A stretch of 19,018 bases of DNA, from NCBI GenBank assembly GCA_024626585.2, contig JANKJI020000004.1, positions 66,392,927-66,411,944 on the forward strand. Reading direction: 5' to 3'. Source of the DNA: Ginkgo biloba. Lineage: Eukaryota > Plantae > Ginkgophyta. Every line of letters begins with the position of its first letter. Position 1 is the first letter of the stretch. Position numbers and translations under genes: made by a program. Below the pieces are notes generated by a model, which made no database searches, was not told where the DNA came from, and saw only the letters and a list, made by a program, of their open reading frames with translations. Below are positions 1 through 11,500 of the stretch, one piece after another.

Positions 1-1301
1 TACAAGAAGATATATCAAGGTCAGGGGAGAACAGGAATACACTGGCAGAAAGTAAGCACCATATGCTAGCATCAAGAGAGATCTAGAGATAATGGCAGTA
101 GATTAGCACCACCTGCTAGGACAATCATGAGTAAGAAAATTGAGGAGAAACGAGCCAAGGGGCTCTGTTTCAAATACAACAATAAATGGTCCATATGGGT
201 CACAAGTGCTTCGAGAAATAATTATTCATCATCAAGGACACTTATGAGGAAGAAACTAAGGAGGAGATAGTCAGAAGACCCTCAGATAGAAGAAGACGAG
301 AATGTAGTTATCGTCTCCATGCATGCACTAGCAGGTATTGTCACTCCCAAAACACTCAAAATTGAGGGGTATATCAAGAAGCAAAGAATTGTGGCCCTCA
401 GTAACTTTGGAAGTACTCATAATTTCATCAACAAAAAGTTAGCAGAGAATTTGAATTGTTTTCCATATCCGATCAAAAACTTTCAAGTAATGATAGCCAA
501 GGGATCCATCACATGTGGTGGAAGGTGCCACAATATCAAGCTAAGCATGGGGGAATATAAATTATCCACTAATATGTATGTCATACCTATGGGAGGAGTT
601 GATGACGTTTTAGGCATCTAGTGGCTCAAGACACTTGGTACATTCTCTATGAACTTGGAAGAACTTTTTATTAGGTTTAAGGTTGAAGGAATCAAGTATC
701 AGTTGCAAGGATTATTGGCACCACCCACTCAGCTAACCAGCTCCCATAGGATAGAAAAGTTGATTAAAAGGGGCAGGTGGGATCATTGCCAGGTGTTATG
801 CCATCATCGCAACAAAAACCCCTAATAGCATGGACACCGACATGGAAGAGATAATCCAGAAACATAGGTAAGTGTTTGAAGTGCTACCCAAGCAACTTCC
901 CCTTTGAAAGGGAACAGGACCATGCCATTGAGCTAGTCGCACGAAGTAATCCCCTGAACATCAGGACTTACAAATATTCGTACCACCAAAAGAGTGAAAT
1001 TGAAATGTTGGTTCAAGAACTTTTGGAGGAAAGAGNNNNNNNNNNNNNNNNNNNNNNNNNNNNNNNNNNNNNNNNNNNNNAAGAATGATGGATCTTTCTC
1101 AATGTATGTGGACTACCAGGAATTAAATGGCATCACAATCAAAGATGAATTCCCATTTCCTATCATTGATGACTTATTGGATGACTTAACAAGAGCAGTG
1201 TTCTTACCAGATTGGACCTAAAATTCATATATCATTAGAGTTGGATCAAGACTGAAGATGCTCATAAAATTGCCTTCAAAACACATGACGGGCACTATGA
1301 G
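1..1301 (+). mobile_element. Degenerate Ty3/gypsy (chromovirus-like) gag-pol fragment: gag C-terminus, aspartic protease, N-terminal half of RT
   Basis: KRAKGLCFKYNNKW..HKC knuckle (~150-210). SMHALAG..PKTLKIEGYIKK..ALSNFGSTHNFI...GVDDVLG is a retropepsin with decayed DSG (319-621). DHAIEL..NIRTYKY and KNDGSFSMYVDYQELNGITIKDEFPFPIIDDLLDDL...AFKTHDGHYE are RT motifs. Stops and frameshifts are present. Confidence 0.93.
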
Positions 1302-2379
1302 TNNNNNNNNNNNNNNNNNNNNNNNNNNNNNNNNNNNNNNNNNNNNNNNNNNNNNNNNNNNNNNNNNNNNNNNNNNNNNNNNNNNNNNNNNNNNNNNNNN
1401 NNGACTTATAAGTTATTTTGGGTTTTTCTTAAATGAATATCAAATTTATCAATCATTCACAAAGGGGGGCAATTATCATACATGCATGGGGGCACACGGT
1501 CCTAGGAGGTTACAGCATCAAAATAGGTCACGATCTAGTATAAACAATAACACTGCATACAAAGCAGAACATTTGGTTATATACACAAGAGTGCCCACAA
1601 AGGGAATAGATAGACTACATTATTGAATGTGCATGCTTGTCAAATGTAGTGGTGACTTGTTCTTTTGGTTCCAAATAAGAGTTGTTTATAGTTGTATTGC
1701 ACTCTCCTTCATAGTTCTAAATCAGCCACAAGGTCCCACCATTCGTTTTCCAAAAATTCAACTTTTTGCCAAGGCAGGATCAAATTGAACTTCTTTCTAT
1801 AATAACACTTGTCATACATGCAAGGAAACATGCTTACATTGCATGCTGTGGCTTTCCTGCTCTTATGATCTTAGTAATCAAGAAGCTCTGAAATAAAGTA
1901 GAATTAAAACTCCCTTCACAGAGCATGATTGCGAATATTCGAAATATGATCTTATAATACATAAATTGTCAAAATCAACCGAGGTCCTAAGCAAGCAAAT
2001 GAAAAATTTTAAATCATTAAAAACTGCCTGGATCTCTGAACTAATTTGTCTGCCTCGATATCACGTGCAATACTAAAACACCATGCCTGACCATGTATCT
2101 CTTAGAAAATTATGTCTGAAAAGCTTCTCAGACAAAAAAGTCTCTACCACTGTGAGAGATGGATTCAGTTGGCTAGTTGGAAGGAAGCACATGTTAAGGT
2201 TGAAAATGAGAGAGATCAAAAGATGAGGANNNNNNNNNNNNNNNNNNNNNNNNNNNNNNNAAAGAAAGGGTACTATCTCATGCCAACATTTATATGAAAG
2301 AGAAAAAATATATTTCATTTACAGTGAATTCTACTTAACAAAGCCCATCAAATGATTTGTCTGGGCTGAAACTTTCCTC

Positions 2380-2535
2380 TTAATCATCTCCTGTCAATGC
2401 ATCTCTTAAAGTTTGTAGAAAAAGTTCTGAAGAATTTCCCTGGGCTTCAAACCTTTCCAAGACCTCCTGCCTTATGTAGACTGCATCAGCCCCAGCTAGT
2501 CGCATTTCTAGAGCTTCTTGTTGTGAAGAGACACC
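2380..2535 (-). CDS. IGPS-like gene, last coding exon (51 aa + TAA)
   Basis: Minus strand tctctgttgatgctcAG|GGT GTC TCT...GAT GAT TAA. Contains the TIM-barrel alpha7-beta8 signature GVSS..EA..M..AGADAV.I. Confidence 0.85.
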   Translation of the reverse strand, partial: GVSSQQEALEMRLAGADAVYIRQEVLERFEAQGNSSELFLQTLRDALTGDD

Positions 2536-5500
2536 CTGAGCATCAACAGAGAGATGATCTGAGCATGCAGCTAAAGGAAAACAAATGCTTCATTATACAA
2601 CATTAAGAAAATGAACTTGGGAGTTCAAAAAGAAATTGAAACAAACAATTAATATAAATAACAGAATTTGTAAACTGGGTAAAATAGACTCAAGTGCGTG
2701 CTCACAAATATTTTCACACATTACAAATTTACAAGTCTTTATAATCTATATTTCAGAAAATGGAATAATAAACTTACCACAATAGAATATGTACCAAAAG
2801 GTACCTGCCCTATCAGACTTTTGGCAATGTCCTTCCTAAAACCTGGGATAGGTAACTGCAAATGCAAAGAGAAACTTCGTGAACAGTAAAAATGTAAACC
2901 CTTAACATACTTGTGATAGACAGACAACATGCACAGAATATACACAGTATGACTTGTAGGTATTGCCAGTCACTACTCACAATCAAACAAGTCTATCTTG
3001 TGGGCAACAAGAAAATACTTTTGTTTAAAATAACCCATACAGAATGCAGCCATGAATATAAATGCACTGCTTATTTCCTTCAATATGCACCAAACTTGGG
3101 ACATTCCAGAGTGATTAATACAGTCATGATTGAAACAGCGTAAGCAACTTAGCCTTGTTAAGCATAACCACTCTCCATGCTAATGTTACTTCTCTGTTGA
3201 TGAAGACAGGCAATAATATGGCATTTCTTTTAAAGCTTCATACAGCTCAATTACAATCATAATGTGAGAGAATCCAATCCTCGTTGAAGAGTATCTGCAA
3301 TACCAATTTGCTCCACTAACAATAAAAAAATCTCAACCTCAAATATACAATAGCTTTGAGATATTTAAGTAAATTCTTCACAACAGATTCCTAGTTAAAA
3401 TAATTCATTGGTAGAAAATCATTCGCAACCAAAAACAACTCTTACAAAATTCCGTTCTTGACTTGGATTGTTGTATAGACTTGGATTGTGATATAGAATA
3501 CTTTCCTTTGGTATTGCTTGGTCCTCAATTGAGTATTTGTAGATAACCAGCTCAACTCCTGATTTGGTTGATTACTTTCCATGGATATAGTAGGCTTCTC
3601 CTTTGGTCCCTCTTTGTTGTAGATATGTAGAGTTTTGGATCATTTATTCTTCTTTGTCCATCAATTTTCTTCTGTATGTCCCTTAACTTTGGAGAAAGGA
3701 CAAAAAGCTTTAGGATCATAACCTCTCAATCCTTTTGGAGATTTTGGTTGAGACAGACCTTCCAGGATTTAGCCACTTTGAGAAGGCCAGCTTCCTAGAA
3801 TGAACAATAGTTTACACCCCAAATAAATATATTGATTGATTGATCAATGANNNNNNNNNNNNNNNNNNNNNNNNNNNNNNNNNNNNNNNNNNNNNNNNNN
3901 NNNNNNNNNNNNNNNNNNNNNNNNNNNNNNNNTCTAACTGGGTCCATAACAAATCCCCCATTCTTAAAATGCTTTGCCCTCAAAGCATTGACAAGGTGAG
4001 TGTTGTGTCCAACAAGATTCTTTTTCCCAAGATGTGTCTGATAGCTGACATGCATTTGAAAAATTGCATTTTTCCTTTTGTATTGAATTGACAAGTGAAG
4101 GATCTGCCTAGCGATCTATTTTATTTGGTGATAATGTGGATGAAGATACAGCCTGCCATCTGTAGAGATTTTTCCAATTCTCCTATTGTTACTTCAAATA
4201 CACACTTCAACCATGGCTGGTTATATCATCTAGGCAGTTTTCAAGGGCAAAATATTGTGCAACTGTTCCAAGGCCATTTTTGTTAAACAATTTCTCTAAT
4301 TTGTGCATTGTCACGAGTTGCAATCGAGGTGATTTTGAACCTGTGAGTTTGTATAGTGTATTCTTCCAATGGAATTTGAGAAAACATTTCTTCAGGTTCA
4401 TTTTGAAAGTTCCTAGTGTTTCTAACCATTGTGTGCCAAGAACTACATTTATGCCACCAAATGTCATAGCATACATAGGAGTTTGATGTCAGAAGTCTCC
4501 CATTGTTAACTCGATCATATAGCACTTTAGTTCCTCCAACTGCTACGATCACTTGTAATTGCGTTGTCTATGAATTGGTTTAATTGCTAAGCTAAATGTT
4601 TATCCATAAAATTATGGNNNNNNNNNNNNNNNNNNNNNNNNNNNNNNNNNNNNNNNNNNNNNNNNNNNNNNNNNNNNNNNNNNNNNNNNNNNNNNNNNNN
4701 NNNNNNNNNNNNNNNNNAGGTGACTATTGTGCCCAATGATATTCTTTTTTTTTTTTTTTTTCCCATAGACAATGCAAGTTTGTAAAGTTACTTTTTCTTT
4801 TTATACTAAGTTCATAAGTGGAGGACTTGTTAGGCAATCATTATATGTTATTTTTATGATAGTGTAGATGACAATATGGCTTGCCATGTGTGGGAACTTC
4901 TCTTGTTGTTACTTCTAAGATATGCTTCATACATGGCTAGTTTATATCATCTAAATATTTTTCAAGAGTAAAGCATCAAGCGATAGTTTCAAGGTCATTA
5001 TTATTAAATATTTTCTCTAATATATATGCTATCTTGAGTTGAGATGGAGGCGCTTCTAACCCCATGAGTTTGTATGATGTACACTCCCAATACAATTAAA
5101 GAAAATTTTTCTTCAAGTTCATTTTGAATGTTCCCAACATTTCCACCCATTGTGCCCCAAGGACTACATCAACACCACCTAATGCCATAGCAAACATAGG
5201 AGTTTGAAGTCGAAATTCTCCCATTGTTAAATAGACCTTATGGCATTTCCCTTCAAATGATGTAGGTCCTCCATCTTCTACCATCACTTGAAATTGCATT
5301 GTTGGGTATATGAATTGGTTTAATCACTGAGCTAAATGCTTATTGATAAAATCATGGGTGCTTCCACTGCCAATAAGGACAAAAAACTTCGCCTACTTAA
5401 TGTAACCTTGTATTCTTAATGTCTTCAGTTGGGTTAAGCCAGTTACTGCAACTAAGGATACTATTGGAATAGGTTCATTATCTTGACTCTCCTTAGTTGA

Positions 5501-8500
5501 CAATTCATTTGTCATCTTCGTCATTATCATTGCCATCATCATGGTCAATTTTCTTTCTTCTTCTACCTGATCCTTATCTTCCAACTTATAAAAGTATAAT
5601 TTCTTGTCCTGACATTGATGTCCTTTCTGGTATTTCTTATTGCATTTGTAACATGTGCCTTTGGCACTATGTTCTTGCGTTTTTCGTTGTTCGTTAATTT
5701 TTGACATACTGCAATCTCTAAATGGTCATTATTTGCCTACATAACTAATGTCAGGTATGTATAAGGTCTTTTTCGCCAACCTTGTGTTGATATTTTCATC
5801 TCAGCTTAATGTGCTTTTCATATAGCTTGTTGAATATTACAAATGTCATGCATTTTAACCTCGTTATGAATGTCTTAGTTCAACCCACCAATGTATGAAT
5901 CTAACAAATTTTGTTTAAGATTATTATGTACGTGAGTCGCTAGTGATTCCCATTGATCTGTGTACTCGTCCACAGGTCCTTTTTGTTTTAGCCATGTTAT
6001 TGATTGAATAAGTCATTCTCTCATGTGTTTTTGTATTTTTTGAAGTCAATGAACGAATGTTTCCCATGTTACCATAATCGAACTCAATTCCTCGGACCAC
6101 CATAGGAACCAATCGTAAGTTGTTGCATCTAATTGCAGTGCAACTATATTAATTCGCTCTTTAGTTGTAAATGATGGGTTAAGTTTAAAACTTTAAAATA
6201 ATGTTCTAGTTTGCTAACCCAATTTCTTGCCTCTTTCCTATTTTCATTGTTGAATTTTTGCAATTCCATCTTAACATTGATCATGGCTATTCTCAAATTA
6301 TACAGTGGGCTTGTTTGTTGCAGCAATTGTGGACTAGTTATGAATCCCTGTCCATCAAGTTGAATTTGAAGTTGCAATAACTTAATGAAGTCACTGATCT
6401 CATCTAGCCTAGTGTGTATTTTCATCACCTCCTTCATTACTTGATATATTCTTGTTTCCATATGCCATACACTCTGACTTAGATTTGTGTTTGTTCCATT
6501 TTTGCTCAAGCAGTCCCTATTTACATAACTACGCTCAATGGGTCCAATCAAATTAATGTTCCTTAGCCTAAGACATTTTTATAAAACAAAAATTAACCTT
6601 TTAATTAAATTTACAATATTCTTTTAACTACAAATATTCTTATATAAATTTGAATTCAAAACCATTAGAAAAGAAAAGAAATATTTACAAACACAATTGG
6701 ATCATTCATGATTGTGAAAATGATTTTTAGAACAGACCAAGATGCAACAGAATCACGATGAGATGGTGGAAGAATAAACAAAGCAATGAAAAGAGAGAGA
6801 TGGCTTCGAAAGAATGACTGGGTTGCCATAAACCTTTAGACGTAGAAGAGATTTGTTTTGGCATTTTTTGCGAACAGATTGATGGATAAGAGTTGAACCG
6901 ACCATGTGGAGTGAGGCAAGAAAAAGAAAAAATAGATTAGGCATTATCACTAGTAAGAGGATGGGGAACAACATTGGGACAATGGGCAGAAGTTTACTGC
7001 GGACAGAAGGGTAGATGCAAATGAAGGATTCATTGGGAGGAAAGATGCAAATGATGGGATGACAAAGAACACCAAGCAAGCAAACAAAAGAGATGTCGAC
7101 GAGAGAATGAAAGAGACAAGAGGAACCAATGGATGTATTATAGACAAACGATGTTAGTCTAATGACAATGCAAAACCACTAGGGAATATATTGAAGGAAG
7201 TCAATGAATGGAGTCGAAGGCAGAGAACAAGAACAGATAATAGAGACAAAGGACTACGAAATGAGAACCAGGAATTGATGACAAGGCATAACAAGAGGAG
7301 TCAAGCCGATTGGTAGAATCGGCACTATGATACAACTTGAGACGAACCTTCTAGGGACTTGGCCGCTTCAAGAAGGCTAGTCTCCTAAAATGAACAATAG
7401 TTTACACCAAAAATAAAGGCACTGAATGATTGAAAGATGAATGACAATGTTTCATATGATTTGATATCTAAATGCTCTATTCATGTCTATTCTATAGGGT
7501 TATGATCATTCAATAAATAATTAATTTTCTAATTGGGTCCACAAACTTGGCCTTGGCTAGACTTGTTTTCCTTTGTTGTTTGCCTCTTTCAATGTAATCT
7601 TGGGTTTGTCCCTAGCCTTCACTTCGAGTGCAAATTTGTAGGCTTTATCCAAACTGTTAATCTCAAATAGCCCAAACCATTGTTAAATGTTTGTGTAGAG
7701 TTGTCCTACAAATTTCAATAGCATTTTGACTTCTGCTTCTTGGGCAATTAATTCGATCTACATGTTGTCGAACGCATCTACATATTCCTCCATAGTTTGC
7801 CCTCTTGCTTGAGGTGTTGCCACTTTGTCTAGAGTTCATTCAAGTAGCCTAGTGGAGAAAACTCTCCCTAAGAAAGCCCTTGAATTACTAAAATGTCATC
7901 ACAGGTTGAATGTTTGGTTGATTTAGGTAGTATGCCCACATCAATCATGCACAAGCAATTTTTTACCAGTCACTACAACCTTAAGAATCATCGCAAGCCT
8001 CCCATGCAGGAAAATTCAATTTTCCACATCATTTCGCTATGTCATATGATTCAATCTCCAACTTTGTGTTCACCTTGATTACTCCAAATCTGAAGTGAAT
8101 CCAAAGCCCTTTGTAATGGATTTATTCGTTGAAGAGGTTGTGGAGTCAACGATTGCATGGTAGCTTGCATTTGTTGTAGAAGAATCTAATTTTGTTGGCC
8201 CACAATGTCAAACTTAATGCTATAGCTTTTGTCCACCAAGATCAGTGCATAATGTCATTTTAGCAGGGGTTCCCCAAACATGAGCTAAACTTGCAAACCT
8301 CAATGGTACTATGTCTTGGTCTCCATTCATCTATGCATGCATGGTTTCAAGTTTATTCAGCCTTGTCTCCATAGTGTCCTCTGCAGATGGAATTGTAAAT
8401 CTATATCCTTTGGACTCTCTTATAGTAGCAACTCTTCTTGCTTTTAGTAAAGCGATTTCCCTTGAGGTAAAGCCTACTTTCTTGTGGTCCTCTTTGGACC

Positions 8501-11500
8501 AAACCATCAACAAGGTTGCATACAAGAAAACTTCAAGATAAACATATATGCATGGAAAATTATTAATTTCTAATTTCTATAGAAGTCATTTCCAATATTA
8601 ATACTTATGAACTTTGCCTCCTTACATATATTGGAATTTGATCGAAATGCAAACAAATTTTCTTATCTTTACTTAATCAATTTAGTTACTTCATTCTTCT
8701 ACTGTATTTTATTCTTGGCTCTTTCTGATCACCTTACTTCTTTTACTGACCTACTAGGCAATTAATGAAACCAATGGGGTGGTTTAACAATAACAACAAA
8801 CTTTATACAATCGGGCTTAGGAAATCAATGTTGTCATCGAGTTCTCCCAAGACCTCAGTAGACATGCTATGCCAATGGCGTCAGTGGGTCCCCCATAATA
8901 ATGGGCGCTACAGCCTACCAAATGATGAGGTAATAAAATATCTAACTAGCATCCAAGATACACAATAAAATAACCAACAGTCTCGAGCTCTCATTGATTC
9001 CATCAATAAATAGAATTTAGTACATAATACAAATATATATAACGTTGTGTGGAAATCTAGACAACAACTTAATAACAATCCGTTTTCATAGAAATATCAA
9101 AANNNNNNNNNNNNNNNNNNNNNNNNNNNNNNNNNNNNNNNNNNNNNNNNNNNNNNNNNNNNNNNNNNNNNNNNNNNNNNNNNNNNNNNNNNNNNNNNNN
9201 NNGACTAGTCACATTAGAACAAAATATGATTTAAACAATATTAAACTCCTAAGTTTTGAATTTTTTTTTCAAAAAGGGGGTCGCAGCCTACGCGCTCAAT
9301 TCTCCACGATTCTACATTTTTTTGATCGAACAACCCCACAATTCAAATATATTGCTCAGCTTTGACTTTCATCGTTGAGCGACTGCGTACTCATAGTTGT
9401 TTGCAATCGCTTAGACTCTTGAACTTGACGTGGCATCTTCCTTTCGATTGTCTCCTGACAACTCATTCTCTTGCGCGACTCTGCTCTTCACCAACTGCGA
9501 CTCTTCAGCAAATCCCTAGCATCTCTCACCCTCCACCAGCACATTTTTCTTCTCACAGCTTTGTCTCTTTTATGAACGACAATGTTTCTAAGCAAATCTT
9601 TTGTGCATTCATCGAAGAGCGGTGTTTACTCACTATCTTTCTTCTTCTTTGAGGGTTTCCAGAGGTTTTTGGTATGTATCTTCTGCTACACATGTCACGT
9701 GGATTTCTCTCTTCGTCTTTTCTCTCATCCGCGCCTACAAATCAGCATCCTCCTCCAAAATCGTGTGATTCTCTTTCTTCGTGGCTTCTCAATGCCCTAG
9801 CATTCTTCCCAAACACATTTTCTTTGTCTCCCTAGCACAGTAACTCATGCCCTAGGGTTTCGGCTACCTGCAACGACGTGTTCACATCCTTAGGGCATTG
9901 TAACAAATCTGAACTAGGGTTTTTGTCCCCATTCGTTACGTTCTCCACTTACTCAAGGATTTATCCCGAATGCAAACAATTCTCTTTGAATCCTCTCAAG
10001 TCTGGATGACTCCTTTTCAAGACTCCATCTCTGATATCAAATGTGAAAACCAAGATCAAGATTCAAAAGCAAACACAATACGTACACTAAAGAATTCGAG
10101 TAGAATTGGTCTACGATTTTTTTTAATTTTTAATATCTCTCAATCTGATGATAACACAATGGGTACGGAGATCTACTTAAAGACTTAGCTCCCAAATAAC
10201 TTCCTTAGGAAGTTGTGATTAATTCACATAATTAATACAAGTATTAATTATTTACATTTACACTTTGGGACATAAGTGTACAACAAATAAAATACTANNN
10301 NNNNNNNNNNNNNNNNNNNNNNNNNNNNNNNNNNNNNNNNNNNNNNNNNNNNNNNNNNNNNNNNNNNNNNNNNNNNNNNNNNNNNNNNNNNNNNNNNNNN
10401 NNNNNNNNNNNNNNNNNNNNNNNNNNNNNNNNNNNNNNNNNNNNNNNNNNNNNNNNNNNNNNNNNNNNNNNNNNNNNNNNNNNNNNNNNNNNNNNNNNNN
10501 NNNNNNNNNNNNNNNNNNNNNNNNNNNNNNNNNNNNNNNNNNNNNNNNNNNNNNNNNNNNNNNNNNNNNNNNNNNNNNNNNNNNNNNNNNNNNNNNNNNN
10601 NNNNNNNNNNNNNNNNNNNNNNNNNNNNNNNNNNNNNNNNNNNNNNNNNNNNNNNNNNNNNNNNNNNNNNNNNNNNNNNNNNNNNNNNNNNNNNNNNNNN
10701 NNNNNNNNNNNNNNNNNNNNNNNNNNNNNNNNNNNNNNNNNNNNNNNNNNNNNNNNNNNNNNNNNNNNNNNNNNNNNNNNNNNNNNNNNNNNNNNNNNNN
10801 NNNNNNNNACCCAAATGATGTGTTGATAGAAGTCTTTGATTGCTGAGTTCAAAATTTCAAAGTTTCTTCAAGCCAAGATATGATATATCATGCAAATACT
10901 ATGCATTATTCCATTTTACTATGCTATATGTGGACACATACATCACATGACGCAAGATCATAGAACCTCGCAACACAAGTGCATATTATAGAGACACTAA
11001 TGTGTACACTGATTTCATGGCTCCCTGCTCTTCTATCCCCTCTCAAGAATATGATAATATCCAACAACTTGGTGTCCTACAACTCCGTCTATCCACTTCA
11101 TCCTTAACTGTGCAAGATGAAGAAGATACTCTTGGTTGAATTCATAAGTCTACAATTTTGTGCAAAGTTTGCTTACAGGTCTTTGATCTGTGTTTGTCAT
11201 TGCCATGTCAATCCTATCTAGAGTCTATGCTAGTTAGAGAATTTATAATCATCCAATGCAAGGAAGGTGAAAGCTTGCAGTTCATTTAGCAGACAAGTTT
11301 CTACTTTTACGGAAAAGCACAAGATGCTTCATTTAAGGGGAGAAAACATAAACCTTCTCTCAATCAGCAAGAGGGCTGTGACAAAAGTATCCAAAAGCTT
11401 CAAGAAGGTAGAATAACCTCCTCAAAATGAAAAACAATCTTTCAAAAAGCTAAATTGGGCAAACATACTTTCAAAGCTTTTCCAGATTAAATTATTTTTC

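Larger units (their letters stand above)
3749..7546 (-). mobile_element. Complete non-autonomous Ty3/gypsy LTR element (~3.8 kb; gag + duplicated protease, no RT/RNaseH/integrase; TR-GAG-like)
   Basis: Paired ~205 bp direct repeats at both ends, PBS-like and PPT sites in the correct positions, near-perfect 5 bp TSD (ttggt 3744-3748 / ttggc 7547-7551), and decayed gag and protease frames inside. Confidence 0.85.

Noticed and set aside
2397-2606. + strand 69 aa ORF
   Set aside because: Antisense shadow of the IGPS-like last exon.
4745-4761. Poly-T run as a LINE/SINE tail
   Set aside because: It sits where the acidic pre-protease linker is expected in the duplicated unit; no TSD or SINE body is evident.
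6753-7147. Hydrophobic ORFs that look like membrane proteins
   Set aside because: They lie in the CT-rich 5' leader of the LTR element; the hydrophobicity follows from base composition.
10248-10852. Long ORFs of 185-193 aa
   Set aside because: Almost entirely N-masked; artefacts of translating Ns.
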